Source of the DNA: Verrucomicrobiota bacterium
GTDB taxonomy: Bacteria > Verrucomicrobiota > Verrucomicrobiia > Opitutales > Cerasicoccaceae
NCBI GenBank assembly: GCA_039818205.1
Contig: JBCBUK010000008.1
Coordinates: 32,001 to 96,000, forward strand
DNA: 64,000 bases
Direction: 5' to 3'
A program made the position numbers and the translations under genes. The notes beneath the pieces were generated by a model. The model did not search any database and had not been told where the DNA came from. It saw only the letters and a program-made list of their open reading frames with translations. Shown here in pieces: positions 46,820 through 57,078 of this stretch (its first letter is position 1; every line of letters begins with the position of its first letter).

Positions 46820-48358
46820 CTATTTGATGAAACGATCGAGCACCTTGGCCGAGCTGATAACTCCTGGTAGGCCAGCTCCTGGATGCGTGCCTGCACCCAC
46901 GAAATAGAGACCGTCCACATCCTCGCTTTTATTGTGTGGTCGGAACCAAGCACTCTGGGTGAGGACAGGCTCGAACTGGAACGCGCTGCCTTGGAAAGCG
47001 TCCAAGCGGTCGTGGAAATCTTGAGGGGTGAAAATCAGCTTCGAGACCAAATGCTTCCGGAGGTCGGGGACCAAATGGTCCTTCTCCAGTGATTCCAGAA
47101 TGCGGTCAGCATATTCTTCTTTGATGTCGGCCCAGTTTTGGCCGCCCTTCAAATTCGGCACTGGGCTGAGCACATAGAAGCACTCGTGACCCGGGGACGC
47201 GAGACTTGGATCCGTTCTGGTTGGTGCGTGCAGATAGAGCGAGAAGTCTTCCGCCACGACTTTCCGGTCAAAAATGTCGCCGAGCAGCTCTTGATATCGA
47301 GGCCCAAGAACAATGCTATGGTGCGGCAGGTGTTCATAGGTCCGGTTGGTGCCAAAATAGATCACGAACAAACTCATAGCGTAGCGCATGTGCTCAAGCC
47401 GCGGGTTTGTCCATTTCTGTCGATGGACATTCTTAATGAGCTTCCGATAGGTATTCGCGACATCGCCATTGCTAATCACGATATCGGCCGGGAAATACTC
47501 TTCGGCGTTTTGCTCAAAACGATAGCCGGGTTCACGTTCAGCGTCGGCGAGATCTTCGGCCTGTGAGCCCATGGCCACCTTGACGCCCTTGACTTTCCCA
47601 TTTTCCACAACGATCTCGTTGGCGCGGGCCCCAAGAATGATCTTTCCTCCGATGTCCTCAAACATCTTAACCAGACCCTGCACAAGAGCGCCGGTGCCAC
47701 CCATTGCGAAATAGACGCCCCAGGTCTTTTCCAAATAGTGGATCATTGCATAGATTGCGGATGACCGTAATGGATTGCCGCCAATCAGCAATGGCTCAAA
47801 GCTGAACACCTGTCGAAGCTGTGGATCTTTAATGAATTGGCTGACGCGACTATAAACGGATTTGTCGGCCCGCAACCGAATTAGATCTGGCGCGACTTTT
47901 ACCATTTCCTTGATCGAGTGAAACGAGTGATCCGCAAGGTCCGTGAATGCCCGATCAAATATGCGTTCGCTGTAGGCAAGAAAGCGGCGGTAGCCCTCGA
48001 CATCGCGGGGATTGAATTTTGCGATCTCACTCTCGAGGGATTGTTGATCGCCCCGATAGTCGAATACCTTGCCGTCGTCGAAATAGATTCGATAGAACGG
48101 GTCGCAAGGCACGATCGTCACGTAGTCTTCTAATCGTTTGCCAGCGACGTCCGCGAGCTCATGCAGAATAAAGGGAACGGTAACGATGGTTGGGCCAGCG
48201 TCGTATTTGAAGCCCTGGTCCTCGTAGACGTAGGCTCGGCCGCCGGGCTTGTCCCGCATTTCCAATAGCGTGACCTCATAGCCTTTCGCCTGGGTGCGTA
48301 TTGCAGCCGCGAGACCGCCAAATCCACTTCCGATGACAACAACCTTGCCTTTACTCAT
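46820..48358 (-). CDS. crtI: phytoene desaturase
   Basis: VIGSGFGGL, PGGRA, DAGPT, YLHAP, QSAWFRPHN, GAGTHPGAGLPGV. Confidence 0.92.
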   Translation of the reverse strand: MSKGKVVVIGSGFGGLAAAIRTQAKGYEVTLLEMRDKPGGRAYVYEDQGFKYDAGPTIVTVPFILHELADVAGKRLEDYVTIVPCDPFYRIYFDDGKVFDYRGDQQSLESEIAKFNPRDVEGYRRFLAYSERIFDRAFTDLADHSFHSIKEMVKVAPDLIRLRADKSVYSRVSQFIKDPQLRQVFSFEPLLIGGNPLRSSAIYAMIHYLEKTWGVYFAMGGTGALVQGLVKMFEDIGGKIILGARANEIVVENGKVKGVKVAMGSQAEDLADAEREPGYRFEQNAEEYFPADIVISNGDVANTYRKLIKNVHRQKWTNPRLEHMRYAMSLFVIYFGTNRTYEHLPHHSIVLGPRYQELLGDIFDRKVVAEDFSLYLHAPTRTDPSLASPGHECFYVLSPVPNLKGGQNWADIKEEYADRILESLEKDHLVPDLRKHLVSKLIFTPQDFHDRLDAFQGSAFQFEPVLTQSAWFRPHNKSEDVDGLYFVGAGTHPGAGLPGVISSAKVLDRFIK

Positions 48359-48416
48359 GACAATCAGAAAGCCGGAATTATCTCATTTGACAAGTCCGGT
48401 AGTGAAAAAAAAGTCA

Positions 48417-49151
48417 TCAGGCTTTGATGGCATCAATCATGAATGCAACGGGATGCTCCAACATGAAATCCCAGTAGCCCTCGGGTTCAGTCGCCTCAGG
48501 CGAAAGTTCTAAATGATGAAATTGGACATCCCGAAAACCCGCTTCCACCAGAGCTTCGCGGTAGTATTTATGCGGCAAATAGTGGTTGTCGACGACGATC
48601 GGGCCGGTGGAAGTTTCGCCAATCCATTGCATCAGCGAACCATCCTCAACCGGCTCATGCACCTTGACGCGAAATCCGTATTTAGTATAGTCTGGACGAA
48701 CCTTTTCGAAGGTTTCGAAGTTGGAGTTAAGCGTCACAAAGCGGCCACCCGATCGAACGCGGGTTGCGATCCCCTGACACATGTCATTGAGTTCTGCGCG
48801 GTTTTTTGAGTAAACAAACAACCATGCCGACATGGCCAAATCGTAGTCGGGCGAGTCGGCGAGCGCCTTAATATCGCGGGTCTCATAGGAAATTCCCAAG
48901 GGATCACTGCGTTCCTCGGCTTCTGCTAGAGCAATCATTTCCTTTGAAATATCAATCCCATGAGCTTCCGCTGCCCCAGCCTTTTTCAAAAGCCGGGTAT
49001 AGTAGCCCTGACCACAGGCTAAATCGACCGTTCGCAAGCCCCTACAGTCGCCCACGAGCTTCATTAACGAATATTCTTCAATCAGTTTCCGCCACGGTCG
49101 TTGCTTTACCTCGACATATTTTGCTGCCATATCGTCATAGTCTGAAGCCAT
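48417..49151 (-). CDS. class I SAM-dependent methyltransferase
   Basis: VDLACGQGYY, GIDISKEMI, GGRFV. Confidence 0.88.
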   Translation of the reverse strand: MASDYDDMAAKYVEVKQRPWRKLIEEYSLMKLVGDCRGLRTVDLACGQGYYTRLLKKAGAAEAHGIDISKEMIALAEAEERSDPLGISYETRDIKALADSPDYDLAMSAWLFVYSKNRAELNDMCQGIATRVRSGGRFVTLNSNFETFEKVRPDYTKYGFRVKVHEPVEDGSLMQWIGETSTGPIVVDNHYLPHKYYREALVEAGFRDVQFHHLELSPEATEPEGYWDFMLEHPVAFMIDAIKA

Positions 49152-49267
49152 GCAAAACTAATGCCCGAATTCAATTCTAGATCAATTCCAATCGCATGCC
49201 TCAATTGCCTCAAACTGAATTCATCATTAATATAATCAGAACAGTTGTGCTCAAACTCCCATCGTTG

Positions 49268-50359
49268 ATGAGATCTTCAAACCCATTCCATCAAGCATCA
49301 ATCCCGGTAAGGTCGCTCGTCCTCTGCCTCACTCTGGTCCTGGCGCAGGCTCAATCCGTGGCGGACTCCAATGACGAATACGAAATTGGCTACCAGCTAC
49401 CAGAAGACGCAGTCATCACCTACCCCAACTCGAATCCATTGCGGGATTCGCTAAAGCCGGTTCCCGCAAGTGCCGTTTTTCGGATGGAAGGCTGGAGCTT
49501 GTGGGACCCGTCGTTGATTAAGGTTGGGGACACCTATCACCTGTTTTGCTCACGCTGGCCCAAAGCAGACGATCATTCGTTTGATTCAGGCTGGAAGCGT
49601 AGCCACGTCATTCGGGCAACTTCCAAGGATCTATTTGGACCCTACGAGTTCCAAGAAGTTGTTTTGCACCCAAAAGATCATCCCTGGGCTAATAAAGGGA
49701 TTCACAATCCAAAAGTTACCAAGGTTGGTGACCGCTTTTTGATTTACCATCTTGGCATTCCGCAGTGGAGCACAGGATTTGCCTACGCAGATTCGATTGA
49801 GGGCCCTTGGCAACCATTGCCTGAGCCCGTGCTTAAGGCCAACAACCCTGCACTACTCGTTCACGAAGATGGATCGGCCTACATGGTCTCGAAACACAAG
49901 CCCAAGCCGACTCAAGATGGTAAATGGGATGCATGCATGAAGGCTCACCGAGCGGATCATGTCGATGGCCCCTACGAAGTTGTTGGTGAGGGGCGCAACC
50001 GCCTACCCTATGATTGTGAGCTCGAGGATCCCACGATCTGGTGGGCAAACGATCAATACAACGTGATTTGCACCGACTGGGAAGGAAAAGTGACCGGGGT
50101 TCAGAAGCCCGTAATTTATTATACATCGAAGGACGGGGTCAATTATGAGCTCTATTCCAAGATACCCGTTTGGACTCAAACCGAACCAATCATCTGTGAG
50201 AATGGAGATCAACTACGGGCCAGTCGCATTGAACGTCCACAAGTCTATATCGACGAAGACGGTCAGTTTGCGGCATTGCTGGTAGCGGTCGGAGAAGAAG
50301 AACGGAGCCACGATTACATCGTTATTCGGCCGGTGGACAACTTTGTGCCGGACAACTAA
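49268..50359 (+). CDS. exported five-bladed beta-propeller glycoside hydrolase (GH43-like)
   Basis: Signal peptide; WDPS, YHLFCSRW, GPY, HNP, NNPA, EDP and ERP blade motifs; start uncertain. Confidence 0.78.
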   Translation: MRSSNPFHQASIPVRSLVLCLTLVLAQAQSVADSNDEYEIGYQLPEDAVITYPNSNPLRDSLKPVPASAVFRMEGWSLWDPSLIKVGDTYHLFCSRWPKADDHSFDSGWKRSHVIRATSKDLFGPYEFQEVVLHPKDHPWANKGIHNPKVTKVGDRFLIYHLGIPQWSTGFAYADSIEGPWQPLPEPVLKANNPALLVHEDGSAYMVSKHKPKPTQDGKWDACMKAHRADHVDGPYEVVGEGRNRLPYDCELEDPTIWWANDQYNVICTDWEGKVTGVQKPVIYYTSKDGVNYELYSKIPVWTQTEPIICENGDQLRASRIERPQVYIDEDGQFAALLVAVGEEERSHDYIVIRPVDNFVPDN

Positions 50360-50429
50360 TTTCATCAGTAACCCTACCACCGACCGTTCAGTGACTTGCA
50401 CTTTTATTTGTTTCTGTTAGCGTTCATCT

Positions 50430-50897
50430 ATGGCTAAAAAGAAGTCTAAGAAACCTACCAATACAAACGCAGTAGCCGAAGCCCTCCGCCAAGTGGTTGC
50501 GGATACCTACGCATTGCTGGGGCAAACTCATTTTTGCCATTGGAATGTCGAAGGCCCCGGCTTTTTTGCCCTGCATACCGCCTTTGAAGAGCAATACACA
50601 GAGTTATTTACAGCGGTTGACGAGATTGCAGAGCGTATTCGTGCTTTGAATTGCTACGCCCCGGGAAGTTTGGGTAATTTAGCTAAAATGGCGGGGTTCG
50701 ATGAGCTCGAGGAAGGCGTTAATGACAAAGCGATGGTCGCACACCTTGCGGATCTTCACCGAAAGACAGTCGCTAATTTGGGAAAAGCCCGAGACATTGC
50801 TGCTGATAGCGATGATTCGGAAACCGAGGACCTCATGATCGCCCGGACTCAGGTGCATGAAAAGACTATCTGGATGCTGGAAAGCTACCTGAAATAG
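50430..50897 (+). CDS. dps: DNA starvation/stationary phase protection protein Dps
   Basis: HWNVEGPGFFALH..FEEQY, DEIAERIRAL, HEKTIWML. Confidence 0.95.
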   Translation: MAKKKSKKPTNTNAVAEALRQVVADTYALLGQTHFCHWNVEGPGFFALHTAFEEQYTELFTAVDEIAERIRALNCYAPGSLGNLAKMAGFDELEEGVNDKAMVAHLADLHRKTVANLGKARDIAADSDDSETEDLMIARTQVHEKTIWMLESYLK

Positions 50898-50926
50898 TCG
50901 CTAATTTGATGTAAACAACTCGGTCT

Positions 50927-51050
50927 TTATTCACAGTCCCGATGTCCTAGTGATGTCGGGATTTTCAGATCAATTCACAAGATATTCACTTGTTTCCGGG
51001 TTATTCACAAGTCATTGTGAATAACTTTTTATTTTTGTAAAGTATTGGTC
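50927..51050. other. DnaA-box cluster with adjacent IHF-like site and AT-rich tract
   Basis: TTATTCACA at 50927-35 and 51001-09, reverse copy at 51016-24, degenerate copies at 50971 and 50982, and TAA-N4-TTGGT at 51038-49. Confidence 0.6.
50937..50965 (+). terminator. probable terminator of dps
   Basis: TCCCGATGTC-CTAGT-GATGTCGGGA-TTTT. Confidence 0.6.
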
Positions 51051-51166
51051 AACATCTGATTGTATATGTAAATAATAGATCAATCTCAAATCCCCTTTAC
51101 AGAAATTGGGTGATTCGCCTTACTAGCGCCATCGATTGTTATTAACTTCACCTTAGCCAAACAATC

Positions 51167-51682
51167 ATGCCAAAGATCTTCAAATTTATCGTCGCCTCCA
51201 TGCTTCTGTTCACAACCGCGCAGTTGCAGGCTCGGCATGGATCTTTGACTCACTACGACCGATTACTTCTTGCGTCTTGCGCAGTGCTTGAAGCGGCGTC
51301 AGAAGGTGAAAAAGGCATGCAGGCTGTTCTTAATGTCGTTTATAACCGTGCCGACGGCGACATTCACCGCGTAATCGGTGTTATTGCCCGCCCAAAACAA
51401 TTTACTGCGCTCAATAGCGCTACTCAGGCTCGCAATCCAGACTACGGGCCGATCATCGAGCGCGCTACAAGTGATCCGGCGTTCAGCGACGCGTATGCCC
51501 TCGTTGTTCTCATGGAACGAGGCGAATTGGCCGACATTACCGGAGGTGCAGACCACTATCATGCCGATTATGGTGAGACGCCCTACTGGACCGTCGATAT
51601 GGAGCCAACCCGCAAAATCGGAAATCATCAATTTTATCGTAGCGATAACGATCCGGCGCTCGTTGCGCTCGTAACTCAGTAA
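51167..51682 (+). CDS. cell wall hydrolase (SleB/CwlJ-like Hydrolase_2 lytic transglycosylase)
   Basis: Signal peptide, LEAASEGEKGMQAVLNVVYNR, QFTALN, GADHYH, IGNHQFY. Confidence 0.88.
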   Translation: MPKIFKFIVASMLLFTTAQLQARHGSLTHYDRLLLASCAVLEAASEGEKGMQAVLNVVYNRADGDIHRVIGVIARPKQFTALNSATQARNPDYGPIIERATSDPAFSDAYALVVLMERGELADITGGADHYHADYGETPYWTVDMEPTRKIGNHQFYRSDNDPALVALVTQ

Positions 51683-51693
51683 TCAATTTTTCA

Positions 51694-51806
51694 GTGTCGT
51701 CGTGGGAAATCTTGCGTTAGTTCGGTAAACCTATCCTCCCATACCACCTTCCTACGGCGGCGCGATTTTGTGAAAGCCGGTGACTCAAGTCATCGGCTTT
51801 TCTTTT
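51694..51806 (+). ncRNA. candidate structured RNA (long stem-loop plus terminator), possibly 3'UTR-derived
   Basis: 15-bp stem 51694-708/51749-763 with 4 G-U pairs and a C-rich loop containing CCTCCC, then a terminator hairpin at 51773-51806. Confidence 0.35.
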
Positions 51807-51898
51807 ATTCGTTTGCAACAATTCGATTGAAACAACCGATCAAAAGATAGCGTATCGGTGTTTGTATGGTTACTATGCAAATGTAGAGTTTGGTAGTC

Positions 51899-53344
51899 AT
51901 GAAGAATCCCCTCCCGCATTTCCTAACCCCATTGCTCACCCTTCTTTCGTTCTTCGCGGCAGTATTGCCAAGTATTGCCGTCGAAGAGCCACCGAACATC
52001 GTTCTCTTAGTAACGGATGATCAGGGCTGGGCGGATATCGGCTACAACAATCCCGGAAAGGTCTACACACCAAACCTGGACCGCTTAGCTGCTGAAGGGG
52101 CACGCTTCGAAAACCATTACGTTATGCCGCAATGCACGCCAACCCGGGTGGCAGCATTCACGGGACGCTATCCAGGTCGATTTGGACGGGAGGCATTGAG
52201 CGCCGCGAACAAGCGCGTGTTTCCCGTGGGCACGCCCACACTGGCAACCATGCTCAAATCGCTCGGTTACCAAACCTACCTATGCGGAAAATGGCATATG
52301 GGCACTAGTCCAGAAAACGGGCCCAACCACCATGGGTTCGACTACAGTTACGGGTCATTGGCTGGCGCTGTGGGTATGTATGATCACCGGTATCGCAAAG
52401 GACCTTATTTTGAAACCTGGCACCGCAACCATGAGCTAATTCCCGGTTCGGAGAATGGTCGCCACGCCACGGACCTGATTGCCGAAGACGCGGTCCGTAT
52501 CATCGAAGACCAGGGTTCCACGCCGTTCTTCCTAATGGTGACTTTCCATGCACCGCACACCCCGCTCGATGAACGCGGCCGTTTCGTCGGCCAACCGACT
52601 CAGCTCGATCCCAACAATCCCGAACGATGGCTCAATGAGGATGATATTGAATGGTTTAACGATCCCGCAGGTATCATCCAGAAAGAAGCCGATCCCGAGA
52701 AACGCCTGTTCCTGGCAACGGTAAACCATGTCGACCATGCGATCGGGCAGATCATCGATGCCCTCGATGAGTCTGGCAAACGTGCGAACACCTTGATTCT
52801 TTTCTCTTCAGACAACGGCCCCCAAGGGAGTTGGCCTGGCAACGCCTATCCTGACGATTTGAAGCTGACCGATTTCAATCAACCAATTCCGATGCGAGGG
52901 AAGAAAGTTGATGTCTGGGAAGGCGGAATTCACGTGCCCGGGATTGCAAATTGGCCAGGTAAAATTCCGGTTCAAATTTTTCGCGAACCGACCCACATTA
53001 TCGATTGGTTGCCGACTATTGCAGCCATTTCGGGCGGAGAAATACTGCCTGATCAAGAACTCGATGGGGTCGATATAAGCTCTGCGTTAATGGCTGGCGA
53101 ATCCCTGCCGGCTCGGGATTTCTATTGGATTTGGAATTGGGATACGAATCGTTGGGCACTCCGGTATGATGATTGGAAGATTGTCGCCTATACCAAGGAT
53201 GAGCCTGGTGAGCCGTCCGACTGGCAGCTTTACAATTTGGCACAGGATTCCCGCGAGTCGAAGGATTTGTCGAGCAAGCATCCTGAGATTCTCGGCCAAA
53301 TGCACCACCGCTTCCTGAATCAGCGGGCCAAGGATGCAAAATAG
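51899..53344 (+). CDS. arylsulfatase (formylglycine-dependent, S1)
   Basis: PNIVLLVTDDQG, TPNLD, CTPTR, GKWHMG, SSDNG, WEGGIHVP. Confidence 0.93.
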   Translation: MKNPLPHFLTPLLTLLSFFAAVLPSIAVEEPPNIVLLVTDDQGWADIGYNNPGKVYTPNLDRLAAEGARFENHYVMPQCTPTRVAAFTGRYPGRFGREALSAANKRVFPVGTPTLATMLKSLGYQTYLCGKWHMGTSPENGPNHHGFDYSYGSLAGAVGMYDHRYRKGPYFETWHRNHELIPGSENGRHATDLIAEDAVRIIEDQGSTPFFLMVTFHAPHTPLDERGRFVGQPTQLDPNNPERWLNEDDIEWFNDPAGIIQKEADPEKRLFLATVNHVDHAIGQIIDALDESGKRANTLILFSSDNGPQGSWPGNAYPDDLKLTDFNQPIPMRGKKVDVWEGGIHVPGIANWPGKIPVQIFREPTHIIDWLPTIAAISGGEILPDQELDGVDISSALMAGESLPARDFYWIWNWDTNRWALRYDDWKIVAYTKDEPGEPSDWQLYNLAQDSRESKDLSSKHPEILGQMHHRFLNQRAKDAK

Positions 53345-53349
53345 CCGAG

Positions 53350-54348
53350 TTACTCGGCTTTCAACTCGCGCCCCATGAGTTTTCGCACCGTTTCGGTCGG
53401 CGTAGTCGACTCATAGCAGACACTAAAGATTTCACCTAAAATCGGAGCATCAACTCGTGCTCGGGCGGCCATTTCATGGACACACTTCGCAGCCCAATAG
53501 CCTTCGACAACGGTTTTGCGTTCGGCCAGCAGCGCCGCGGCGGAGCTGCCTTCGGCAAGGCGCTGCCCAAAGGTCCGGTTGCGGCTCCATTCACCGTTGC
53601 AGGTTGCGATCAAATCGCCAAAACCACTCAATCCATAGAACGATTCGGGTTTACCGCCCAGCGCAGTGCCAAGGCGGACCATTTCCGCTAGTGCGCGCGT
53701 AAGATAGCCAGCCTTGGCATTGTCACCCAATTGAAGGCCATCACATAAACCAGCGCCAATCGCGTAAACATTCTTGAGGCACCCGCCGAGCTCGACTCCT
53801 GTCAAATCGTTGCTTCGGTAGACGCGTAGCGATTCGCTGCTAAGGGCGTGTTGGCAAGCCTCCAGCTTATCTGGTCCATTCTCGGCCGCAAGGACGATCG
53901 CAGTTGGTTTTCCTGCAGCGACCTCGCCGGCAAACGTTGGACCCGAGAGAACGGACGAAGTTAGGCTCGGAAGCACTTCCTGCATAATGACTGCTGGCGG
54001 CTTCAATGACTCCCGCTCAAATCCCTTACAGAGGGCAATCGCCATTTTGAGCTGGGTGGCGTGTGGCAGGGCTTCTTTAACCTTTTCACAAAGCTCCCGC
54101 AAACCGGTCGACGGGCATGCCAGCAATACAAAGTCGGCTTCCATCAAGATTGGTTTAATCTCACAGCCAATTTGGATGTTCGGCGAAAGTGCATAGCCCG
54201 GCAGGTAATCCTTGTTTTCCCGATCCGAGGCCAAGGCCAATGCGTGGTCCATTCGCCGAGGTGCTAGGGTGACTGAACATCCAGCGCGATTGAGGCTGAT
54301 AGCCATGGCTGTCCCCCATGCGCCTGCTCCAAGGATAGCAAAATTCAT
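53350..54348 (-). CDS. gpsA: NAD(P)H-dependent glycerol-3-phosphate dehydrogenase
   Basis: GAGAWGTA, LSGPTFA, GGCLKNVYAI, GFGDLIATC, SRN. Confidence 0.96.
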   Translation of the reverse strand: MNFAILGAGAWGTAMAISLNRAGCSVTLAPRRMDHALALASDRENKDYLPGYALSPNIQIGCEIKPILMEADFVLLACPSTGLRELCEKVKEALPHATQLKMAIALCKGFERESLKPPAVIMQEVLPSLTSSVLSGPTFAGEVAAGKPTAIVLAAENGPDKLEACQHALSSESLRVYRSNDLTGVELGGCLKNVYAIGAGLCDGLQLGDNAKAGYLTRALAEMVRLGTALGGKPESFYGLSGFGDLIATCNGEWSRNRTFGQRLAEGSSAAALLAERKTVVEGYWAAKCVHEMAARARVDAPILGEIFSVCYESTTPTETVRKLMGRELKAE

Positions 54349-54411
54349 TCGCGTAGGCTTAGTGGTCGAACCAGAATATGTCGCGCCAAATCGTTCCGGG
54401 AGCGTTGATTT

Positions 54412-55197
54412 CTACTGGGGAGATTCCGGGAATTGCTTCTGCTGAACTTCGCCAACATAGCTACCAAGTGCGCTTAAAGCGACCGACCGCAGGTCCGCGT
54501 ATTTTTTTGCGAAGCCAGGATAACGTCCCGCATTTAAGCCCAGGAGATCTGAGATGACTAGGATTTGGCCGTCAACACGAGGGCCTGCGCCAATTCCGAT
54601 TGTCGGAATCCTTACCGCATCGGTGATTGCGGCAGCAGTTTCCTCGGTAACCATTTCCAGCAACAGGGCAAAAGCGCCGGCCGCTTCCCAGGCGCGGGCC
54701 TCATTTAATAGTCGTTGGCGGTCATCGTCGGTCTTGCCGAATTTGCGATAACCGCCCAACTGGAGGACATCCTGCGGTTGCAACCCAATGTGGCCCATCA
54801 CGGGAATCCCAGCGAGTGCCACGGACGCGGCTTTCTCGGCGATGGTGGCCCCGCCTTCAATTTTGACGCATTTGGCCCCGCCTTCTTGCAGAAATCGCGT
54901 GCAAACGTCCAAGAGATAGTCGACGGAGTGGCCCGCAACTGCAAAGGGTACGTCGCACATCAGCAAGGCGCCCGGCTTTGCGCGAGCGACCGCAGCGGTA
55001 TGGTGGAGCATCGCATCGACCGTAACCGGGATCGTCGATTCGTAGCCGAGGGCGGTATTGCCGAGAGAGTCTCCGACCAAAATCAGGTCTACGCCAGCTT
55101 CTGCCGCCAGTTGTGCCGTGATGAAATCGTAGGCAGTAACGGCAGCAATTGGACGTTTGCCCTTGAGTTGTCGAATGGTTTGCGTCGTTGTCTTCAC
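54412..55197 (-). CDS. panB: 3-methyl-2-oxobutanoate hydroxymethyltransferase
   Basis: TAYD, LVGDSLG, VKIEGG, GHIGLQPQ, TIGIGAG..DGQILV. Confidence 0.96.
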   Translation of the reverse strand: MKTTTQTIRQLKGKRPIAAVTAYDFITAQLAAEAGVDLILVGDSLGNTALGYESTIPVTVDAMLHHTAAVARAKPGALLMCDVPFAVAGHSVDYLLDVCTRFLQEGGAKCVKIEGGATIAEKAASVALAGIPVMGHIGLQPQDVLQLGGYRKFGKTDDDRQRLLNEARAWEAAGAFALLLEMVTEETAAAITDAVRIPTIGIGAGPRVDGQILVISDLLGLNAGRYPGFAKKYADLRSVALSALGSYVGEVQQKQFPESPQ

Positions 55198-55335
55198 GTT
55201 AGAGAGCTATTATGAAAGAAGCCGCACCGAATATGAAAGTCTTTAAATCTCGATTCCGCGACATTGCTTTTGCCGGTGTTTGGGCGAAGAGGCAGGTTTG
55301 CTAGGAGGCTGCACGGTACCGAAACGCAAACACTC

Positions 55336-55593
55336 ATGTTGAAACACTTCTTTCGCTGGCTCTACCATCACCGTCAAAGACAGGCGGCACGAGACCGCCT
55401 GATGGGCAGGCGGAAATTTCTTCCGCGCTTCCGCCGTTTCACCTCGCACGCCTTTGAAAAAGCGACTTTCGGCAAATACGATCCTATTGGGATCAGCCGA
55501 TGGAAGAGCGCTCTTATTTACTTACCACTGCTGCTCGTGGGCCTTTGGTTCGCCTACGAGAGCATAACCGCCCTCAATATTTTCCAGCCTTAG
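55336..55593 (+). CDS. small basic hypothetical membrane protein
   Basis: Arg-rich N-terminus and one C-terminal TM (LIYLPLLLVGLWFAY); fills the panB-iscA gap. Confidence 0.5.
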   Translation: MLKHFFRWLYHHRQRQAARDRLMGRRKFLPRFRRFTSHAFEKATFGKYDPIGISRWKSALIYLPLLLVGLWFAYESITALNIFQP

Positions 55594-55606
55594 CGGCCAG
55601 AAGACT

Positions 55607-55924
55607 CTAGTTGAACGAGCGTCCGCAGCCACAGGTTGACGAGGCATTAGGATTGGTGACCTCGAAGCCTTTTCCATGGAGGCCGTCGTCAAAGTGGATC
55701 TGGCACCCTTCGAGGTAGCTCATGCTGCTTGGATCGACCAAAAAATCAATACCCTGGTCTGACAGGCGTTGATCATCATCCTTGGGATTATCAAAGCTCA
55801 TGCCATACTCAAAACCAGAGCAGCCGCCTGCTTCGATGAAGACGCGCAGGAGCAAACTGGCATCGTCCTGCTGGGAATGAAGTTTCTTAATTTGTTCTGC
55901 GGCAGATTCCGTCAACTTAATCAT
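55607..55924 (-). CDS. A-type Fe-S cluster carrier (HesB/IscA/ErpA family)
   Basis: [22 protein letters not shown]. Confidence 0.94.
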   Translation of the reverse strand: MIKLTESAAEQIKKLHSQQDDASLLLRVFIEAGGCSGFEYGMSFDNPKDDDQRLSDQGIDFLVDPSSMSYLEGCQIHFDDGLHGKGFEVTNPNASSTCGCGRSFN

Positions 55925-56040
55925 ATTTCAAGTTTGGTGGAGGGTTTAGAAAATGTCAAATTTTCAGCCTCCGAGTTGATTCAGCAAGAAACATGCACAA
56001 TTGTTCGATTCCGCTTGATTGCAAACCGCGGAATTCTATC

Positions 56041-57018
56041 GTGACAGCAGTGGAACGCCTAAAACACCTCTTTAACGAAATACACTACGAGTTGGTCCGC
56101 AAGATCGCCGAAGGCGGTATGGGAGTTGTCTACGAGGCTCGACAGCACGGTAGTGACGAGTTTTGCAAGGTCGTAGCGATCAAGTTGATTCGCGAAGAAT
56201 TTTCGGTTTTCGACGAGTTTCGTAGCAATTTTATTGGCGAGGCGCGGTTGGTTGCTGACTTGATCCACACCAACATTGTTCAGACCTACCATCTGGGCGC
56301 CCTAGGCGACCAGTATTTCATGGTGATGGAATACGTGAATGGCCTGAATACGGAAGAGTTCATCAACCACCACATCGAGACGAGTCAGTTGATCCCCGTC
56401 GATTTGGCGGTTTTCATCGTTTCTCGAGTTGCGCGCGGCCTTGCCTACGCGCACCAAAAGCGCGACGTTCACGGCCGACCATTGGGCATTGTCCACCGCG
56501 ATGTCGGCCCCAAAAACGTAATGTTAGCCTACGAGGGTGACGTGAAGCTCACTGACTTCGGAATCGCGAAAGCCCTCGATCTGATGTATAATGAAGAAGG
56601 TGAAGTCATCGCCGGTAAGGACGAATATCTCTCCCCAGAACAGGCCCGGAAAGAGGTAACTGATGCTCGGGCAGATATCTTCCCATGTGGCATTGTGCTC
56701 TCCGAATTGTTGCTCGGATACAATATTTTTGAAGGCGAAGATGCGGACACCACCCGCGAGCGCATCCTGACCTTGGATCTCCCCGATTTCCGCCGGATGC
56801 GAGATGGCGTTGATGACAAATTAAACGATATTTTATACCGCACTTTGGCCCGAGATAAAAGCGACCGATACCAATCGGCAGGAGATTTGCTTACTGCGCT
56901 GGAGATATACCTATATAGCGATGGCTACGGCCCCACGAACGAGAAACTCGCCGCCTACCTTGCGGATCTTTTCGGTCCAGATGGGCACACCGCCGCGAGC
57001 CGACACAGTCAACGATAA
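56041..57018 (+). CDS. Hanks-type Ser/Thr protein kinase, cytoplasmic, no sensor domain
   Basis: [36 protein letters not shown] start at 56041. Confidence 0.92.
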   Translation: MTAVERLKHLFNEIHYELVRKIAEGGMGVVYEARQHGSDEFCKVVAIKLIREEFSVFDEFRSNFIGEARLVADLIHTNIVQTYHLGALGDQYFMVMEYVNGLNTEEFINHHIETSQLIPVDLAVFIVSRVARGLAYAHQKRDVHGRPLGIVHRDVGPKNVMLAYEGDVKLTDFGIAKALDLMYNEEGEVIAGKDEYLSPEQARKEVTDARADIFPCGIVLSELLLGYNIFEGEDADTTRERILTLDLPDFRRMRDGVDDKLNDILYRTLARDKSDRYQSAGDLLTALEIYLYSDGYGPTNEKLAAYLADLFGPDGHTAASRHSQR

Positions 57019-57078
57019 CCTCCTTACGAATTAACCGCCCACCACGACCCCGATTGTGAGCGTCCTTTCAACAGATAC

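Noticed and set aside
50927..51080. oriC call
   Set aside because: No dnaA/dnaN/gyrB nearby, KOPS orientation is the same on both sides, and a dif-like site lies in the same window. Kept only as a DnaA-box cluster.
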